The notes beneath the pieces were generated by a model. It was not told the DNA's origin. It was given only the letters and a program-made list of their open reading frames with translations, and made no database searches. Source: a virus (taxonomy: Duplodnaviria; Heunggongvirae; Uroviricota; Caudoviricetes). Taken from it: a stretch of DNA of 64,000 nt. Made by a program: the position numbers and the translations under genes. The DNA is taken from IMG/VR virus record IMGVR_UViG_2541047860_000002; one strand, given 5' to 3'. Within the stretch, counting starts at the first letter, position 1, and each line of letters begins with the position of its first letter. This document shows, piece by piece, positions 1 to 10,209 of this stretch.

Positions 1-339
1 TTTGTTATTTTGCGGCAGGGATAATAGTTTCTGGAGTTTTAACTCTTTGTATCTTTCCATCCCGACGATGATTGCTGCTCTACCATCGGCATGACGGGTC
101 TTGAGAGTCACCTGGCTTGCTCCGGTGCCAGCGGAGATCGTTGGCGTAATTTCGTCTACCAGTACCTTAAATTTGCTTTTCCGCAGGGCTGCTATAGCTG
201 GAGGAATTTTTTGCTTTTGCTCCAATGCTGACGCGGGAAGGGGTTTTACTTCGTTAATAATGAGAGCACCGTCTTTCAGTATTGCAGTGAGCATTTGAGG
301 CTTGCTGGTGGTCAGGCTGAATATTGCGATCTTTTCCAT
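1..339 (-). CDS. hypothetical protein, 3' end beyond window start
   Basis: Minus-strand ORF from ATG at 337-339 preceded by GGAGGAAGG RBS; open to position 1; absent from the ORF track because it has no stop in the window. Confidence 0.4.
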   Translation of the reverse strand, partial: MEKIAIFSLTTSKPQMLTAILKDGALIINEVKPLPASALEQKQKIPPAIAALRKSKFKVLVDEITPTISAGTGASQVTLKTRHADGRAAIIVGMERYKELKLQKLLSLPQNNK

Positions 340-365
340 TGTCCTTCCTCCACGGATGACGGATA

Positions 366-390
366 CAAAAAAAGGCCGCACATGGCGGCC
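366..390 (-). terminator. rho-independent terminator-like hairpin
   Basis: GGCCGC-ACATG-GCGGCC stem-loop with an adjacent A-run on plus (T-run on minus). Confidence 0.45.
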
Positions 391-606
391 TGCTTTGGCG
401 TTATGACTCCCTACCGCGCTTCGGCTGAAAGTTAATCGTCAAAAGAACCTTCAACGGGAGCCGTTAGCGCGATGGATTATGTGCAGTTTGTGATTTCCAA
501 AATAGTGTCAACCACTTTTTGTGGATTTTATTTTTTGACAGAAATTTGGCCTAAATCATGTTGATTTGGCTGATTATTTTTATAACATAAAAGTCATTTT
601 GATTGC

Positions 607-1506
607 ATGAAGGACGGTGCAGTGAAGTTAAGGGTTTTAGGGACCGCGCTCGCGGCTAAGATGGTAAGGTATGGAGTTAATGAAATGTTTTTTATAAAAA
701 ATGGAAAAAGATTTTCCTCAACAATACTAGCTACTGTTGTTGCTCTTTTTGTCCCCACACTCACCTTTGCTTATGATTTTAGCAAAATTGACTGCAATTC
801 CCCTAAAACTAGGCAGATGTTAATCGATGATTATAATGAACTGCTGAAGGACGATCAGGAAGCAATTTCTGTAATCGATGCTTATAATCAGATCAATGAG
901 ATAAGAGAAAAAAATAAGCTCCAATGCCTGGGAACGTATGAATTCTCAGATGGAAGTGCGCTTAGGGTTAGATATAAGTTATATTTAAATAGCCTCGGCA
1001 CCCCCATATATGAATTTGCTCCAGTTGAGGAGTTAACGCAAGATGACGTAAGCGCATCTATCCAAAATATCCCTGCAACCACAGCGAGTAAGGCTGGAGG
1101 GAATGAAGAAACGTACTCCTGTAAAGTGGCTGTAACCTACAATGGAAAGCGCTCTAACTATATGGGGGATACTGGAGTCTGGGATCGTGTGATTACTGAC
1201 TATGGCACTTATTTCTCATGGGATTTGCCGCGCGGAAATCGAGGCAATAGTACAGGCCAGGATGCTTTTAGTGGCATGGACGAATCAAAGCCAGCATTAG
1301 AAAATAAGCTGGTGAGAAAGGAAGTCGAAAAAGATGGTAGCGTGGTTGATGAATTTAGGACTGATGTAAGTTATGGGGAAAAACAACCAGTTCATAAGTT
1401 TGTATATGCTCGTAGAATAAAACCTACAGGCATGAGAGAGTATTATGTTACGGATTTAACAGACAAGCGGGCGTTTATGTTTCTGAATTGTCAGAGAGAT
1501 TCGTGA
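607..1506 (+). CDS. hypothetical secreted protein (AT-rich cargo gene)
   Basis: 299-aa ORF; likely start at internal Met (about 661 or 685) giving a hydrophobic signal-peptide-like N-terminus; AT-rich codon usage unlike neighbours. Confidence 0.5.
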   Translation: MKDGAVKLRVLGTALAAKMVRYGVNEMFFIKNGKRFSSTILATVVALFVPTLTFAYDFSKIDCNSPKTRQMLIDDYNELLKDDQEAISVIDAYNQINEIREKNKLQCLGTYEFSDGSALRVRYKLYLNSLGTPIYEFAPVEELTQDDVSASIQNIPATTASKAGGNEETYSCKVAVTYNGKRSNYMGDTGVWDRVITDYGTYFSWDLPRGNRGNSTGQDAFSGMDESKPALENKLVRKEVEKDGSVVDEFRTDVSYGEKQPVHKFVYARRIKPTGMREYYVTDLTDKRAFMFLNCQRDS

Positions 1507-1546
1507 TTGACATAGCAGGCTTACTATTAAGCCTGCTTTTTGGCTA

Positions 1547-1906
1547 TTACTCGGTAATAGTTTTGCAGTTGTTTTGATTTAATGACAATCCTAGCTTGCT
1601 AGCAGCCAACTCATTTTCTGTGTGAGAACCAGCAAAAATGAAGCCTTGTTTTATCTTATTTACGGTGAAATATTTATTATACATGAACGCCCAGATAAAT
1701 GAGGCAATCCACGGGCCAATTCCGGCTGTGAGGAATGCCAGTATCAGCATCACTACGAATACCCCAATAAAAGTTATAAAGTCTTTCCTGAACAAAGCTG
1801 GAAAAGCACCAAACAAGAATGTAGTCCAGGAAAAACCATAAAAACCGGTGATTGATTCGCCAGTTTGAGGGTTTTCAAGTTTAATTTTAGTAGCCACGAT
1901 TATCAT
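1547..1906 (-). CDS. hypothetical membrane protein
   Basis: 119-aa ORF with several hydrophobic helices; AT-rich. Confidence 0.45.
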   Translation of the reverse strand: MIIVATKIKLENPQTGESITGFYGFSWTTFLFGAFPALFRKDFITFIGVFVVMLILAFLTAGIGPWIASFIWAFMYNKYFTVNKIKQGFIFAGSHTENELAASKLGLSLNQNNCKTITE

Positions 1907-2042
1907 CCTTTTACATAAAAAACATATAGTTATAGTGCTGTGTGAGATTCTAATGTTACTAATTTACACTTTGTAATGCAATTAAATAACTTTAGGCAGT
2001 GAAAGTAACTATTCGTGGCAGACTATCGTTAAGACCTTTCAA

Positions 2043-2327
2043 TTATGGTTGCTGTAAGTGGAGGGGAACAGCCTGTTCTATCATCTCGCGTATCAAGCCA
2101 ACTTCAAGTAGTTCCTCGGATTCCCAGTATCTGTTTGTCACCAGATCCAGGCTGGCTATGACCTTGTGCCGGTCATTCGGCATAGCCAATTTTTCTGCTA
2201 TAACCATCAGTGAAAACTCTTCATCCAGTAGAATTTGATACCAGTTTTTTGATAGTTCCACTTCCCTTATGAGACTGAAACGTCGCTGGATTGTGGCAGC
2301 AGAGTAAGTGAAATCTATTTTCTTCAT
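2043..2327 (-). CDS. hypothetical protein
   Basis: 94-aa ORF, AT-rich, no recognised motif. Confidence 0.35.
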   Translation of the reverse strand: MKKIDFTYSAATIQRRFSLIREVELSKNWYQILLDEEFSLMVIAEKLAMPNDRHKVIASLDLVTNRYWESEELLEVGLIREMIEQAVPLHLQQP

Positions 2328-2386
2328 CGTGCGGAGAATCCGGTTATTTAGTAGTTAAAGCCCCGGACAGGCCGGGGCAACAGTAA

Positions 2387-3328
2387 TTAACTAACAATCC
2401 AGTCCGTAGCAACAACATCCTCTGGAGCTAAATCAATCGCATGGATTTTCCCATCCCGGATAGTGCGCCAGTGCTTTCGTGATCCACCTTCGGGCCATAC
2501 CCATACACCTTCAGGCCAAGATGCTCGACGGCATACGATTGCATACCCTGTTTTAATCCTCTCTCTGGCGGTATGCAACGACAGGTTTGCCTTTGGACTT
2601 TCAGGCACAGGATGGTGGATTGCCTGAAACATCCCCATCTTTGGATGATACCAGCGTTTATTGCGTGGTTCTGCCTCCGACATCACCTGCTTAAAGGCTT
2701 TCCGGAAGGGGGCCAGAGCCACAATGGAGCGTCGCGCAAGCAAGCCATCGGGGGTCAAAAACTCATGTGTATCGGTGGGAATCCGGTAAGCGTTAACCAG
2801 GTTGCGGCATTTGGCTTCAGTCAGGCCGCATTTCGCCGCCAGCTGGCGGTAGCCAATGTAACCTTCCGGCATATTGCCTTTCTTGATTTGCTCGAGTGTT
2901 TCAGCAACCATCGATACTTGTGCTGATACCTCGGCTACCTGGGCATTTACGGCGTTGATCCGGCGTTCATGCTCAAGATGCATTTGCGCCATTTCAGCCA
3001 GGATTTCGGCTTTTGATTTTAACTGTACCCGGGCATTCTCCAGTTCGCGCCAGCGGTCCACTAGCCGGGCGGTAAATTCGGGAGAGAGCTGCGCGACGAC
3101 AACAATGCTGTCTCGTTTTCCTTGCTCGCCTTCGAAGACATAGACCGGATCTTTGACAACCTTCCCTAAGTTATTGATTCTTTCGACGAACTCATTTTGA
3201 GTTTCTCGGATGACACCGCTAGCCATCATATTGCGAATGGTACGTAAAACATTGCCGTGACGACTACCAACTAACTCTGCAATATCTAGGCTACTCATTG
3301 TCGCTTTTTGAGAGATGGACAGATTCAT
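2387..3328 (-). CDS. Rha-family phage antirepressor-like protein with C-terminal DUF2829-like W-rich extension
   Basis: 313 aa; N-terminal 235 aa is a paralogue of the ORF at 39966-40673; the extra C-terminal ~75 aa (W-x-G-W ... DL ... DWIV) is homologous to the separate ORF 39769-39969. Confidence 0.7.
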   Translation of the reverse strand: MNLSISQKATMSSLDIAELVGSRHGNVLRTIRNMMASGVIRETQNEFVERINNLGKVVKDPVYVFEGEQGKRDSIVVVAQLSPEFTARLVDRWRELENARVQLKSKAEILAEMAQMHLEHERRINAVNAQVAEVSAQVSMVAETLEQIKKGNMPEGYIGYRQLAAKCGLTEAKCRNLVNAYRIPTDTHEFLTPDGLLARRSIVALAPFRKAFKQVMSEAEPRNKRWYHPKMGMFQAIHHPVPESPKANLSLHTARERIKTGYAIVCRRASWPEGVWVWPEGGSRKHWRTIRDGKIHAIDLAPEDVVATDWIVS

Positions 3329-3543
3329 CAGTGCACCTCCACGCAGTTCATCGGCAGATTCCAGTAATTGAGGATCTCCATCGCATCAAGAGTGAAGCGA
3401 GCAGCAAAAATGCAGGGTTCTTCGGGAAGGTATGAGCGCGCCTCTGATTCGGTAGCAGCCATGACGCAGATATACAGGTGCTTTTGGCAGGAATAGAAAC
3501 GCCAGATAAATTCAGAATGAGTTGGGGTAGGGATAGTAGCCAT
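3328..3543 (-). CDS. small conserved prophage protein
   Basis: 71 aa; paralogue of ORF 40673-40897 (shared EFIWRF...QKH...AATE.EARS motif); start overlaps upstream gene stop. Confidence 0.5.
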   Translation of the reverse strand: MATIPTPTHSEFIWRFYSCQKHLYICVMAATESEARSYLPEEPCIFAARFTLDAMEILNYWNLPMNCVEVH

Positions 3544-3855
3544 ATTGGCAGCCTCCTTTTGCTAATTTAAGGAGCTACCGCGTGAGGTCTCAATCTCAAT
3601 GGCGGTAGCACTGGCTGGGTTGAGACTACCGGCGCAAAAGGGAACCGGCCTGCCTTTCGGCAGCCCAGCCAGCACTACCATTGATCTTGGAGCTATACGC
3701 TACGTATGGCTGTGCGATGGCATGACACAAAAAAAGACGCTTTCGGCGTCTGTGTCGCCTTTTGCATTATCCGGGGTCTCAATCCCGGCACCCGTTTTTC
3801 TAAGGTGCCGTAGAAATATACCCCACGATAATGCCAGGGCGCAACAGTCAGTATT

Positions 3856-4023
3856 TTATGCTTTGGCGGATTTTTTCCGGGCTTGCTTGCAGGCGTAGGC
3901 CATTGCTTTAGCTTTCACTTCATCCAGCTTCCCGGTGATCACTTCTTTTCCGAGAGTGACAAACCAGTCATAGCAACCGCCAGTAATGTTCTTGATTTGA
4001 AAGTTGAGGTAGCGAACAGTCAT
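3856..4023 (-). CDS. small hypothetical protein (55 aa)
   Basis: Hand-translated ORF below the 60-aa track cutoff, with a G-rich RBS-like stretch before the ATG. Confidence 0.25.
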   Translation of the reverse strand: MTVRYLNFQIKNITGGCYDWFVTLGKEVITGKLDEVKAKAMAYACKQARKKSAKA

Positions 4024-4344
4024 TTTGACACCCCCAGCGCGAGTAAAGAATGCAGATTATCGCGTGAGTGGTGGACGACGAGTGATGGGAAAAGACTGTA
4101 GTTGTTCATAGTGTAGTGACTCCTTGCTTTCGGAGCCGCCATCGACTGTTCCACGGTCTGGTGGCGGCGCAATAAAGGCTGGAACACCGTGAGTCAACGG
4201 GGGCTTTTCAGCCACCTATATTGCACCGCCATAGGTATGGCGGCGGCAATAATACGAAAAACTAAACAGTTTGTCTCAAAAAGTTGACCGGTGTGCCAAT
4301 CGGTAGTGAATGTACATCGGAGAAATTTTCAATTCAACTTAAAA

Positions 4345-4361
4345 TGTTAGAAAACTAATTT
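4345..4361 (+). promoter_or_regulatory. recurrent motif TGTTAGAAAACTAATTT (candidate operator/promoter element)
   Basis: Full 17-mer; overlaps the stop codon of the Ref-like gene. Confidence 0.4.
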
Positions 4362-4933
4362 ATCAATTCAATTGCCATCTGATACAACGCCATTTCATCG
4401 GCATTGTGCCGCATGAAATCTGCTTTTCCGCCTATTTTTCCATCAGCATGAACAGGGACCAGCCAGGGATATTGTTCTCGGACCTCGGCTGGCGCTGCGT
4501 ACTGGTGGTGCCATTTACACAAAGGGAGGACATATTTATGCGCGTTCTCTGCCGTTCTCCCGAAGATATGGTGCAGGGATACTACTGGGCTATGTTGCCC
4601 GTGAATATGGCAGGCAATGCAGGGGAGAGTACCGATAGCGGTCTGTATCCGGCGTTCATCGGCTGTGAGTGATCTGCCCTTCAGGCCGCGTGACGTGCGT
4701 GTTTTTTTGGACGGAGCGGATACAGCTTTCTCTTTTCTCCGCTGGTCATATTGCTTTGCTTTTTCAATTTTTTTTTGCCGATATTCAGGCGATGCGGCTT
4801 TTTCTCTCGCTCGCTGCTGCTGGCGTTGAGCTTGTTGAAGGCGCTTTGCCCTTTGTTCCTCTCGCCAGGCCGGGTCAGCCAATTTTTGCATGGCTTTTTG
4901 TCTCTGTTTCTCCCAGTAGCTCTGTTTCTGCAT
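4355..4933 (-). CDS. HNH-motif protein, Ref (recombination enhancement function)-like
   Basis: 192 aa; Cys/His motifs (CIAC ... HH ... CKWHH) and a C-terminal block resembling P1 Ref as I recall it; lysine/arginine-rich N-terminus. Confidence 0.55.
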   Translation of the reverse strand: MQKQSYWEKQRQKAMQKLADPAWREEQRAKRLQQAQRQQQRAREKAASPEYRQKKIEKAKQYDQRRKEKAVSAPSKKTRTSRGLKGRSLTADERRIQTAIGTLPCIACHIHGQHSPVVSLHHIFGRTAENAHKYVLPLCKWHHQYAAPAEVREQYPWLVPVHADGKIGGKADFMRHNADEMALYQMAIELIN

Positions 4934-4981
4934 GATGGCTGCCTCTTACTTTTCAGCGATTTTTCTATGATTGATCAAAAT

Positions 4982-4990
4982 TGTTAGATA
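4982..4990 (+). promoter_or_regulatory. recurrent motif variant TGTTAGATA
   Basis: Forms an inverted pair with the site at 5003-5011 in the divergent intergenic region. Confidence 0.35.
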
Positions 4991-5002
4991 TTCAAAATTG
5001 AT

Positions 5003-5011
5003 TTTCTAACA
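5003..5011 (-). promoter_or_regulatory. recurrent motif TTTCTAACA (reverse orientation)
   Basis: Partner of 4982-4990; about 195 bp upstream of the DUF4406 gene start. Confidence 0.4.
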
Positions 5012-5205
5012 CAAAACATTAATATCATTCCTGATAACTGTTTGGAGGACATGATGCTTATAGCTTTAAGTGCGATCCACCAGCCATCTGTGAATGAGAT
5101 TGGCCTGTTCTATGTGTTGTTTTTCGGGGCGTTGGCGCTACTTGAGCTTGGTATTGAGCTTTTCGCAGTGCTTATGTTTTGCGTCACGATTTTGGGGAAA
5201 TTTTG

Positions 5206-5829
5206 ATGGTGAAACGTGTTTTGAAAATTTACATCGCGGGGCCGATGACTGGTTATCCAGATTACAACCGTGCGGCGTTTAATGCGAAAGCGAGCGAGTT
5301 GATGGCTGAAGGGCATATCGTTCTGAATCCAGCGGTGTTACCTGGTGGCCTTTGCCAGAGTGAATACATGGATATTTGCCTGGCAATGGTGCGTTCTGCT
5401 GATGCGATCTATTTGCTCAATCAATGGGAAGAATCGGTTGGTGCTCGTGCAGAGCACGCGTTGGCTGAAAAGCTTGGGCTGACTGTAATTTATGAGTCAC
5501 CAACCAACATTGAATGCCAGGTTGCTACGCATATTTACCGGGAACTGGTCAATGCGTTACGTGATGTTGCTATTGAATGTCACGGCACGGATCAGCTTCG
5601 CGCTCGCTTAAGCCAAACCCTTTCCAGTTACCTGTCTTTGGCTGAAGGATACAACCTCCGACAGCGAAGAATGGTCAGATTAATCACGCGGTTATCTCAA
5701 TCCCTGGCAAATGCTGAACCAACTAATCCGCTACCTAATGACGCAATGAATTATCTGAAGTCATGCGGCGTTGTTTCTGAAGATGCAGTTCGTTTTGTGG
5801 AGTTTATGTCTCAGAGGATGTCGGCGTGA
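5206..5829 (+). CDS. DUF4406-like (nucleoside 2-deoxyribosyltransferase-like) domain protein
   Basis: N-terminal KIYIAGPMTGYPDYN motif typical of DUF4406; start taken at the internal ATG at 5206; C-terminal module shared with the ORF at 11567-12733. Confidence 0.55.
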   Translation: MVKRVLKIYIAGPMTGYPDYNRAAFNAKASELMAEGHIVLNPAVLPGGLCQSEYMDICLAMVRSADAIYLLNQWEESVGARAEHALAEKLGLTVIYESPTNIECQVATHIYRELVNALRDVAIECHGTDQLRARLSQTLSSYLSLAEGYNLRQRRMVRLITRLSQSLANAEPTNPLPNDAMNYLKSCGVVSEDAVRFVEFMSQRMSA

Positions 5830-6143
5830 GCTGGCGGGGATGGGGAAGGGCAGAAATCATGATACTCCGCCAGTGCGCCGGAACTATGACGGTCGAGAGT
5901 ATTGGGAAGCTGATCGGTCGTACCGGTGATGCCGTCAGGACTAAAGCGCGGGAGTTGGGGATCAGCATGATTCTGAAAGGAGACTTTCATCCGTCAGCCA
6001 AATACCGGCAGAGCGATATAGAACTGGCACGGCAGCTTCATCAGTGTGGTGTTCCCCGCCGTGAGATCGCGGAAAAACTCGAAATGCCCCTGGGCATGAT
6101 TAATCAGTACGTTTATTTCGAAAGGAGAGTGTATGAAGTCTGA
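5826..6143 (+). CDS. hypothetical protein
   Basis: 105-aa ORF in the plus-strand early-gene array; start uncertain. Confidence 0.4.
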   Translation: MSWRGWGRAEIMILRQCAGTMTVESIGKLIGRTGDAVRTKARELGISMILKGDFHPSAKYRQSDIELARQLHQCGVPRREIAEKLEMPLGMINQYVYFERRVYEV

Positions 6144-6642
6144 AGGTTTAACGCCCGCACAACTGGCAGAGCGTAACGCTGAGTATGTAACGGAAATTTC
6201 CCGACTTGAGCAAGAACGCTCGGCGCTGGCGGCGGAGAATGCGGGAATAAAGTCTGCAATTCCAGAATCACGGGATATTGAGGATGACAATGACAATATG
6301 GATGACGTATCTCTCGCGGAAGATTTCGGGTTCAATCATGCAATAGAACTGATGAGGAGACGGATTCCTGAAACTCCGGCCACCGACGCTTTCCTGGCTG
6401 AAGTACGTGCGGAGGCACGCAACGAGGGGATTAACTACACCGCAAGCCGTCTTGCTGCTGCGTTCAATCACGGATTTATCAATAAGTCTTTGCGTGAAGT
6501 TTTCGACGTTACACGCATGATTTTGTCAGCGAAAGAAGAGTTGGCTAATGAACCGCATCCGCTTGATGGCCTGTCCGGTGAATATGCGGAGAAATCCCTA
6601 GAAGAATGGGCGGAACAGATTCGCAAAGGAAGCAGCCAGTGA
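6133..6642 (+). CDS. hypothetical protein (acidic, coiled-coil)
   Basis: 169 aa; start preceded by AAAGGAGAGTGTATG cassette. Confidence 0.5.
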   Translation: MKSEGLTPAQLAERNAEYVTEISRLEQERSALAAENAGIKSAIPESRDIEDDNDNMDDVSLAEDFGFNHAIELMRRRIPETPATDAFLAEVRAEARNEGINYTASRLAAAFNHGFINKSLREVFDVTRMILSAKEELANEPHPLDGLSGEYAEKSLEEWAEQIRKGSSQ

Positions 6643-6914
6643 ATATCGACACCACGATAACGATCGATACGGCCCTAAATACCGGACTGGCACTTCTCGG
6701 TTGGCTTTACATCATGTCCAGTACATGGCGATGGCTGGGTTCCATTTTCCTAAAACAGTGGAAAAAACGGCGCAAACAGGAACTACGCCAGAAGGCATTA
6801 GAAGCGTTCTATGACGCATTTGAACTTAGCCGCATAGAACCAGGCACAACAGCCAGGATAGCGACAAAAGGCGACCTGATGATAGTGATGTTCAGACAGG
6901 AGAAAACAAAATGA
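6606..6914 (+). CDS. hypothetical protein
   Basis: 102-aa ORF overlapping neighbours in operon-like fashion. Confidence 0.35.
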   Translation: MGGTDSQRKQPVNIDTTITIDTALNTGLALLGWLYIMSSTWRWLGSIFLKQWKKRRKQELRQKALEAFYDAFELSRIEPGTTARIATKGDLMIVMFRQEKTK

Positions 6915-7135
6915 CAGAACAGACGATGACAAATCGCGAACTTGTTGATGCCGCGATTGAACTTGCTGGCGATTTTTATTCCATGATGGGTTACGAGCAT
7001 CGACCTGGTTTTAAGTATTGGGAGTCACCGCATCCGCAAGAACAACAGGTGTTTGAAATGGCTTGCCGTGCTTTTGAGTTTATTCGCGGTTCTGATGTGA
7101 TGGAGGCCGTTGCCGATTTGGAGGATGAAGAGTGA
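6911..7135 (+). CDS. hypothetical protein
   Basis: 74 aa, start overlaps upstream stop. Confidence 0.4.
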   Translation: MTEQTMTNRELVDAAIELAGDFYSMMGYEHRPGFKYWESPHPQEQQVFEMACRAFEFIRGSDVMEAVADLEDEE

Positions 7136-7443
7136 GCACAATTAAAGAAATGCCGGTAGAACGTGATGAATATGGCTGCTGGACACATCCGGAGTATGAA
7201 AAGTTTTGCGCAGGCCGTGAATATATTTCCACTGAGGAATTTGACGCCTGGATGAAGGGAAATAATCTTCAGTGGACTATTCGCAGTATGGATGAAGATG
7301 ATTTTGATCTGGACGCAGCTGGTCCCGATATTGCCGCCTGGGAACCGGAGCGACCAGAGGGTGAAGGCTGGTTTGTTGGCTCTATTCATGACACTGAAGA
7401 TGGTCCGGTTTGTATCTGGCTGCGTGAGAAGGTTGCCGCATGA
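7132..7443 (+). CDS. hypothetical protein
   Basis: 103 aa, translationally coupled to neighbours. Confidence 0.45.
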   Translation: MSTIKEMPVERDEYGCWTHPEYEKFCAGREYISTEEFDAWMKGNNLQWTIRSMDEDDFDLDAAGPDIAAWEPERPEGEGWFVGSIHDTEDGPVCIWLREKVAA

Positions 7444-8132
7444 CACAGGCTATGCATGAAGTGAATTTATATAGCCGTATTGATGGTTCTGGCTACAGAA
7501 ACATATGGGTTGTTGGTGATCTGCATGGTTGCTACACCAGACTGATGTCCGAACTCCATCGTGTGGATTTTGACCCGGCGCAGGATTTACTGATATCGGT
7601 TGGCGACCTTATCGATCGCGGTACTGAAAATGTCGAATGTCTGGAACTATTGCAGATGCCCTGGTTCAGGGCAGTAATGGGGAACCATGAGCGGTTGATG
7701 CTTGATGCGTTAAGTCCTGATGGCAACGTGAATAACTGGCTAATGAATGGCGGACAATGGTTCTTCATGCTGGACACTGATCAGGAAATATTAGCCAAGG
7801 CGCTGGTGGAGCTGGTAAAGCGTCTGCCATATATCATTGAGTTGAACACCGGGCATGAAACTATCGTTATAGCCCATGCCGACTATCCAGGTGGAGAGTA
7901 CCAGTTCGGTAAGGATGTGTCGCTTTTTGATGTTGTCTGGTCGCGCAGTCGCGTCGGTGATTCGATAGATGGCATTGGTGGAGAAATCACAGGCGCAGAT
8001 CGCTTTATCTTTGGGCACACACCGGTACGAAGACCAAAAGCATACTGGAATCAGCACTACATAGACACGGGCGCGGTTTTTTGCGGAAATCTGACGCTAA
8101 TGCAGGTGAAGGGAGGGCAGCTTAAAGTCTGA
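7440..8132 (+). CDS. serine/threonine protein phosphatase (calcineurin-like, lambda PPase family)
   Basis: GDLHGC, GDLIDRG and GNHE metallophosphatase motifs. Confidence 0.9.
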   Translation: MTQAMHEVNLYSRIDGSGYRNIWVVGDLHGCYTRLMSELHRVDFDPAQDLLISVGDLIDRGTENVECLELLQMPWFRAVMGNHERLMLDALSPDGNVNNWLMNGGQWFFMLDTDQEILAKALVELVKRLPYIIELNTGHETIVIAHADYPGGEYQFGKDVSLFDVVWSRSRVGDSIDGIGGEITGADRFIFGHTPVRRPKAYWNQHYIDTGAVFCGNLTLMQVKGGQLKV

Positions 8133-8157
8133 TCAAATCATTTACGCACTCAAAATT

Positions 8158-8167
8158 TGTTAGAACA
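8158..8167 (+). promoter_or_regulatory. recurrent motif variant TGTTAGAACA
   Basis: Inverted pair with 8179-8187, 45-70 bp upstream of the 8230 gene. Confidence 0.4.
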
Positions 8168-8178
8168 TTGATTATAGT

Positions 8179-8187
8179 TTTCTAACA
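8179..8187 (-). promoter_or_regulatory. recurrent motif TTTCTAACA
   Basis: Partner of 8158-8167. Confidence 0.4.
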
Positions 8188-8229
8188 TATTATTTTACCG
8201 CTCGGAACAAAACAGAGTCGGTATACATT

Positions 8230-9225
8230 ATGAGTGCAATAATCACACCTCATTTCGTAAACGGAGCTGGTGTGGCTGTCTTTCCGGTAGACAAGCCCAC
8301 CAGTAACTACATTGGCGCAGGTCGCCGTTTCATTATCTCCCCACTTCCGCGTGAACAGGCTGAAAACACGCCAGATGGCGTAGTGGATCTGAATTATTCG
8401 CTGGTTGCCAACCAGTCTCTGAAACCGTTTTTTCAAAGCGAGCGCGTATTTAACGCGTTGGGCGGTGAAGATTCGCTTGTTCATTGGGTAAGTTCCAATA
8501 TCCACGATTGCCAGGCGCACGATAAGCGCGATTGCAGCCACCAGCTAACCACTCATTTCTATAACGGCTCTGCCGTTCGCCTGTGCTGGAAGCATGATGC
8601 GGAATACATGATGAAGGGGTACAGCAAGTTGGACGACCAGTTATCCCTGAATCGTGCCAACTGGGTTATGAACTGGGCTGCGAGCGAGTTAAAACTACCG
8701 CCAGAACGCGATCTGAGCATGGTTGAACTCACTTTTTGGGCCATTCGCCGGAATCTGAAAGATGAGCTACCAGATGAAGCCGGTCGCATTGCATTTTGTC
8801 AGCCAAAAACTGAAATCCCTACCGGTACGCTGAAAGAATCAGATATCACCTGGGAGCACAGTACCCGCGAGCTGGTGGACATAACCGCAGAGCAGATCGT
8901 CAACCTGTCTGTAGATGAGGATTCCGGCCTGCTTTATATGCGCCGACCAAAAGCGGTCCTCGGTAAAAGCCCGGCTTATCTCCGGTTTGTGGTTTCTCGT
9001 CCGTGCATCGGATGCGGTGGCAAAGTTAACCACCCGTTCATGTACCGCGCCCGCTCGTTAAACGAACACGACCGCTGGGCTGTTCCTCTTTGCGATGACT
9101 GCGCCAGAAGCGCAGAAAACGATGTCCGGGCATGGGAAAAAGCACATGGCATACGCCTTTACGTAGCCGCTAACCAGCTTTTTGACTTCGCCATCGAGCG
9201 CGGAGTGATCACTTTCAATAACTGA
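8230..9225 (+). CDS. hypothetical phage protein with C-terminal Cys/His-rich (HNH-like) motif
   Basis: 331 aa; C-terminal CIGCGG ... H ... NEHD ... CDDC pattern. Confidence 0.5.
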   Translation: MSAIITPHFVNGAGVAVFPVDKPTSNYIGAGRRFIISPLPREQAENTPDGVVDLNYSLVANQSLKPFFQSERVFNALGGEDSLVHWVSSNIHDCQAHDKRDCSHQLTTHFYNGSAVRLCWKHDAEYMMKGYSKLDDQLSLNRANWVMNWAASELKLPPERDLSMVELTFWAIRRNLKDELPDEAGRIAFCQPKTEIPTGTLKESDITWEHSTRELVDITAEQIVNLSVDEDSGLLYMRRPKAVLGKSPAYLRFVVSRPCIGCGGKVNHPFMYRARSLNEHDRWAVPLCDDCARSAENDVRAWEKAHGIRLYVAANQLFDFAIERGVITFNN

Positions 9226-9229
9226 TGAG

Positions 9230-9922
9230 GTGGATCAAAAAATGAAAGAACGCGGGATGATTTTTAACGATGAGATGGTCAGGGCCATCCTCGAAGGAAG
9301 GAAGACGCAGACTCGCCGACCTGTAAAAAATGTCAGGGCCGATAACTGCCTGGTTATCCGTAAACCGACAAAGAAACGCAATGGTGTCTATACCCACGTT
9401 ATGGATGCACCTGAACATGGTTTATGCCCGTTCGGTAACGTTGGTGATCGCATATGGGTCCGTGAGGCGTGGGCGATATTAGGCAATGAGGATGGTTGCA
9501 GTGTGGACTGGAACGACAACCTTTGTCGTGGCGATGAGAAGAACGCAGCAAGGATTTATCGGGCCAGTTGTGAGCAAAAGCCGGGTGATTACGGCTTGTG
9601 GTCGATACCCGATGATGCCGACTGGAAACCTCACACTGTGAATGAAAAATTTGATGGCGGGTGGCGTCCATCAATTCACATGCCGCGCTGGGCATCGCGC
9701 ATTTTGCTGGAAATTACCGACGTGCGTGTGGAACGGCTGCGTGATATGAGCGAGGCAGATGCTAAAGCAGAAGGCGCATCTCCGGCGATGTACAAAATTA
9801 CGCCGCCGGAAGCTGTTTATCGCGTTGGTTTTGGTGATATCTGGCGCAGTATTTACGGGCAGGATAACTGGCTATCTAACCCGTGGGTATGGGTAATCGA
9901 GTTTAAGCGCATTCAGGAATAA
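9230..9922 (+). CDS. conserved phage protein
   Basis: 230 aa; N-terminal FNDEMVRAILEGRKTQTRRP block that I recognise as a common phage signature but cannot assign. Confidence 0.5.
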   Translation: MDQKMKERGMIFNDEMVRAILEGRKTQTRRPVKNVRADNCLVIRKPTKKRNGVYTHVMDAPEHGLCPFGNVGDRIWVREAWAILGNEDGCSVDWNDNLCRGDEKNAARIYRASCEQKPGDYGLWSIPDDADWKPHTVNEKFDGGWRPSIHMPRWASRILLEITDVRVERLRDMSEADAKAEGASPAMYKITPPEAVYRVGFGDIWRSIYGQDNWLSNPWVWVIEFKRIQE

Positions 9923-10005
9923 ACCGTGAGTATGCATCAAATCGTCAGTTTTTCAGGTGGACGAGCATCGGCCTGTCTCGTTCATCTGTTCGAAGAGGTA
10001 GTGGC

Positions 10006-10209
10006 ATGACAATCGTAAAAACCCATACCGGCACCGTGATCACCAAAGACGGTCCGCAGGTAAAAAAACTGCACCAAACAGAGCGGATGTGGGTCGTCGG
10101 CAAAAATGAGTTTTACCACAAAGATACCGGACGCCGCCACTTTGCAGAAAATACGCGCCGTCGACTGCTGTTAGACACCATCAAGCCTATCGAGGTGAAG
10201 CATGTTTAA
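10006..10209 (+). CDS. hypothetical protein
   Basis: 67-aa ORF. Confidence 0.35.
   Translation: MTIVKTHTGTVITKDGPQVKKLHQTERMWVVGKNEFYHKDTGRRHFAENTRRRLLLDTIKPIEVKHV

Noticed and set aside
4406-4987. Four overlapping plus-strand ORFs antisense to the Ref-like gene
   Set aside because: Entirely antisense to a motif-supported gene; low-complexity translations.
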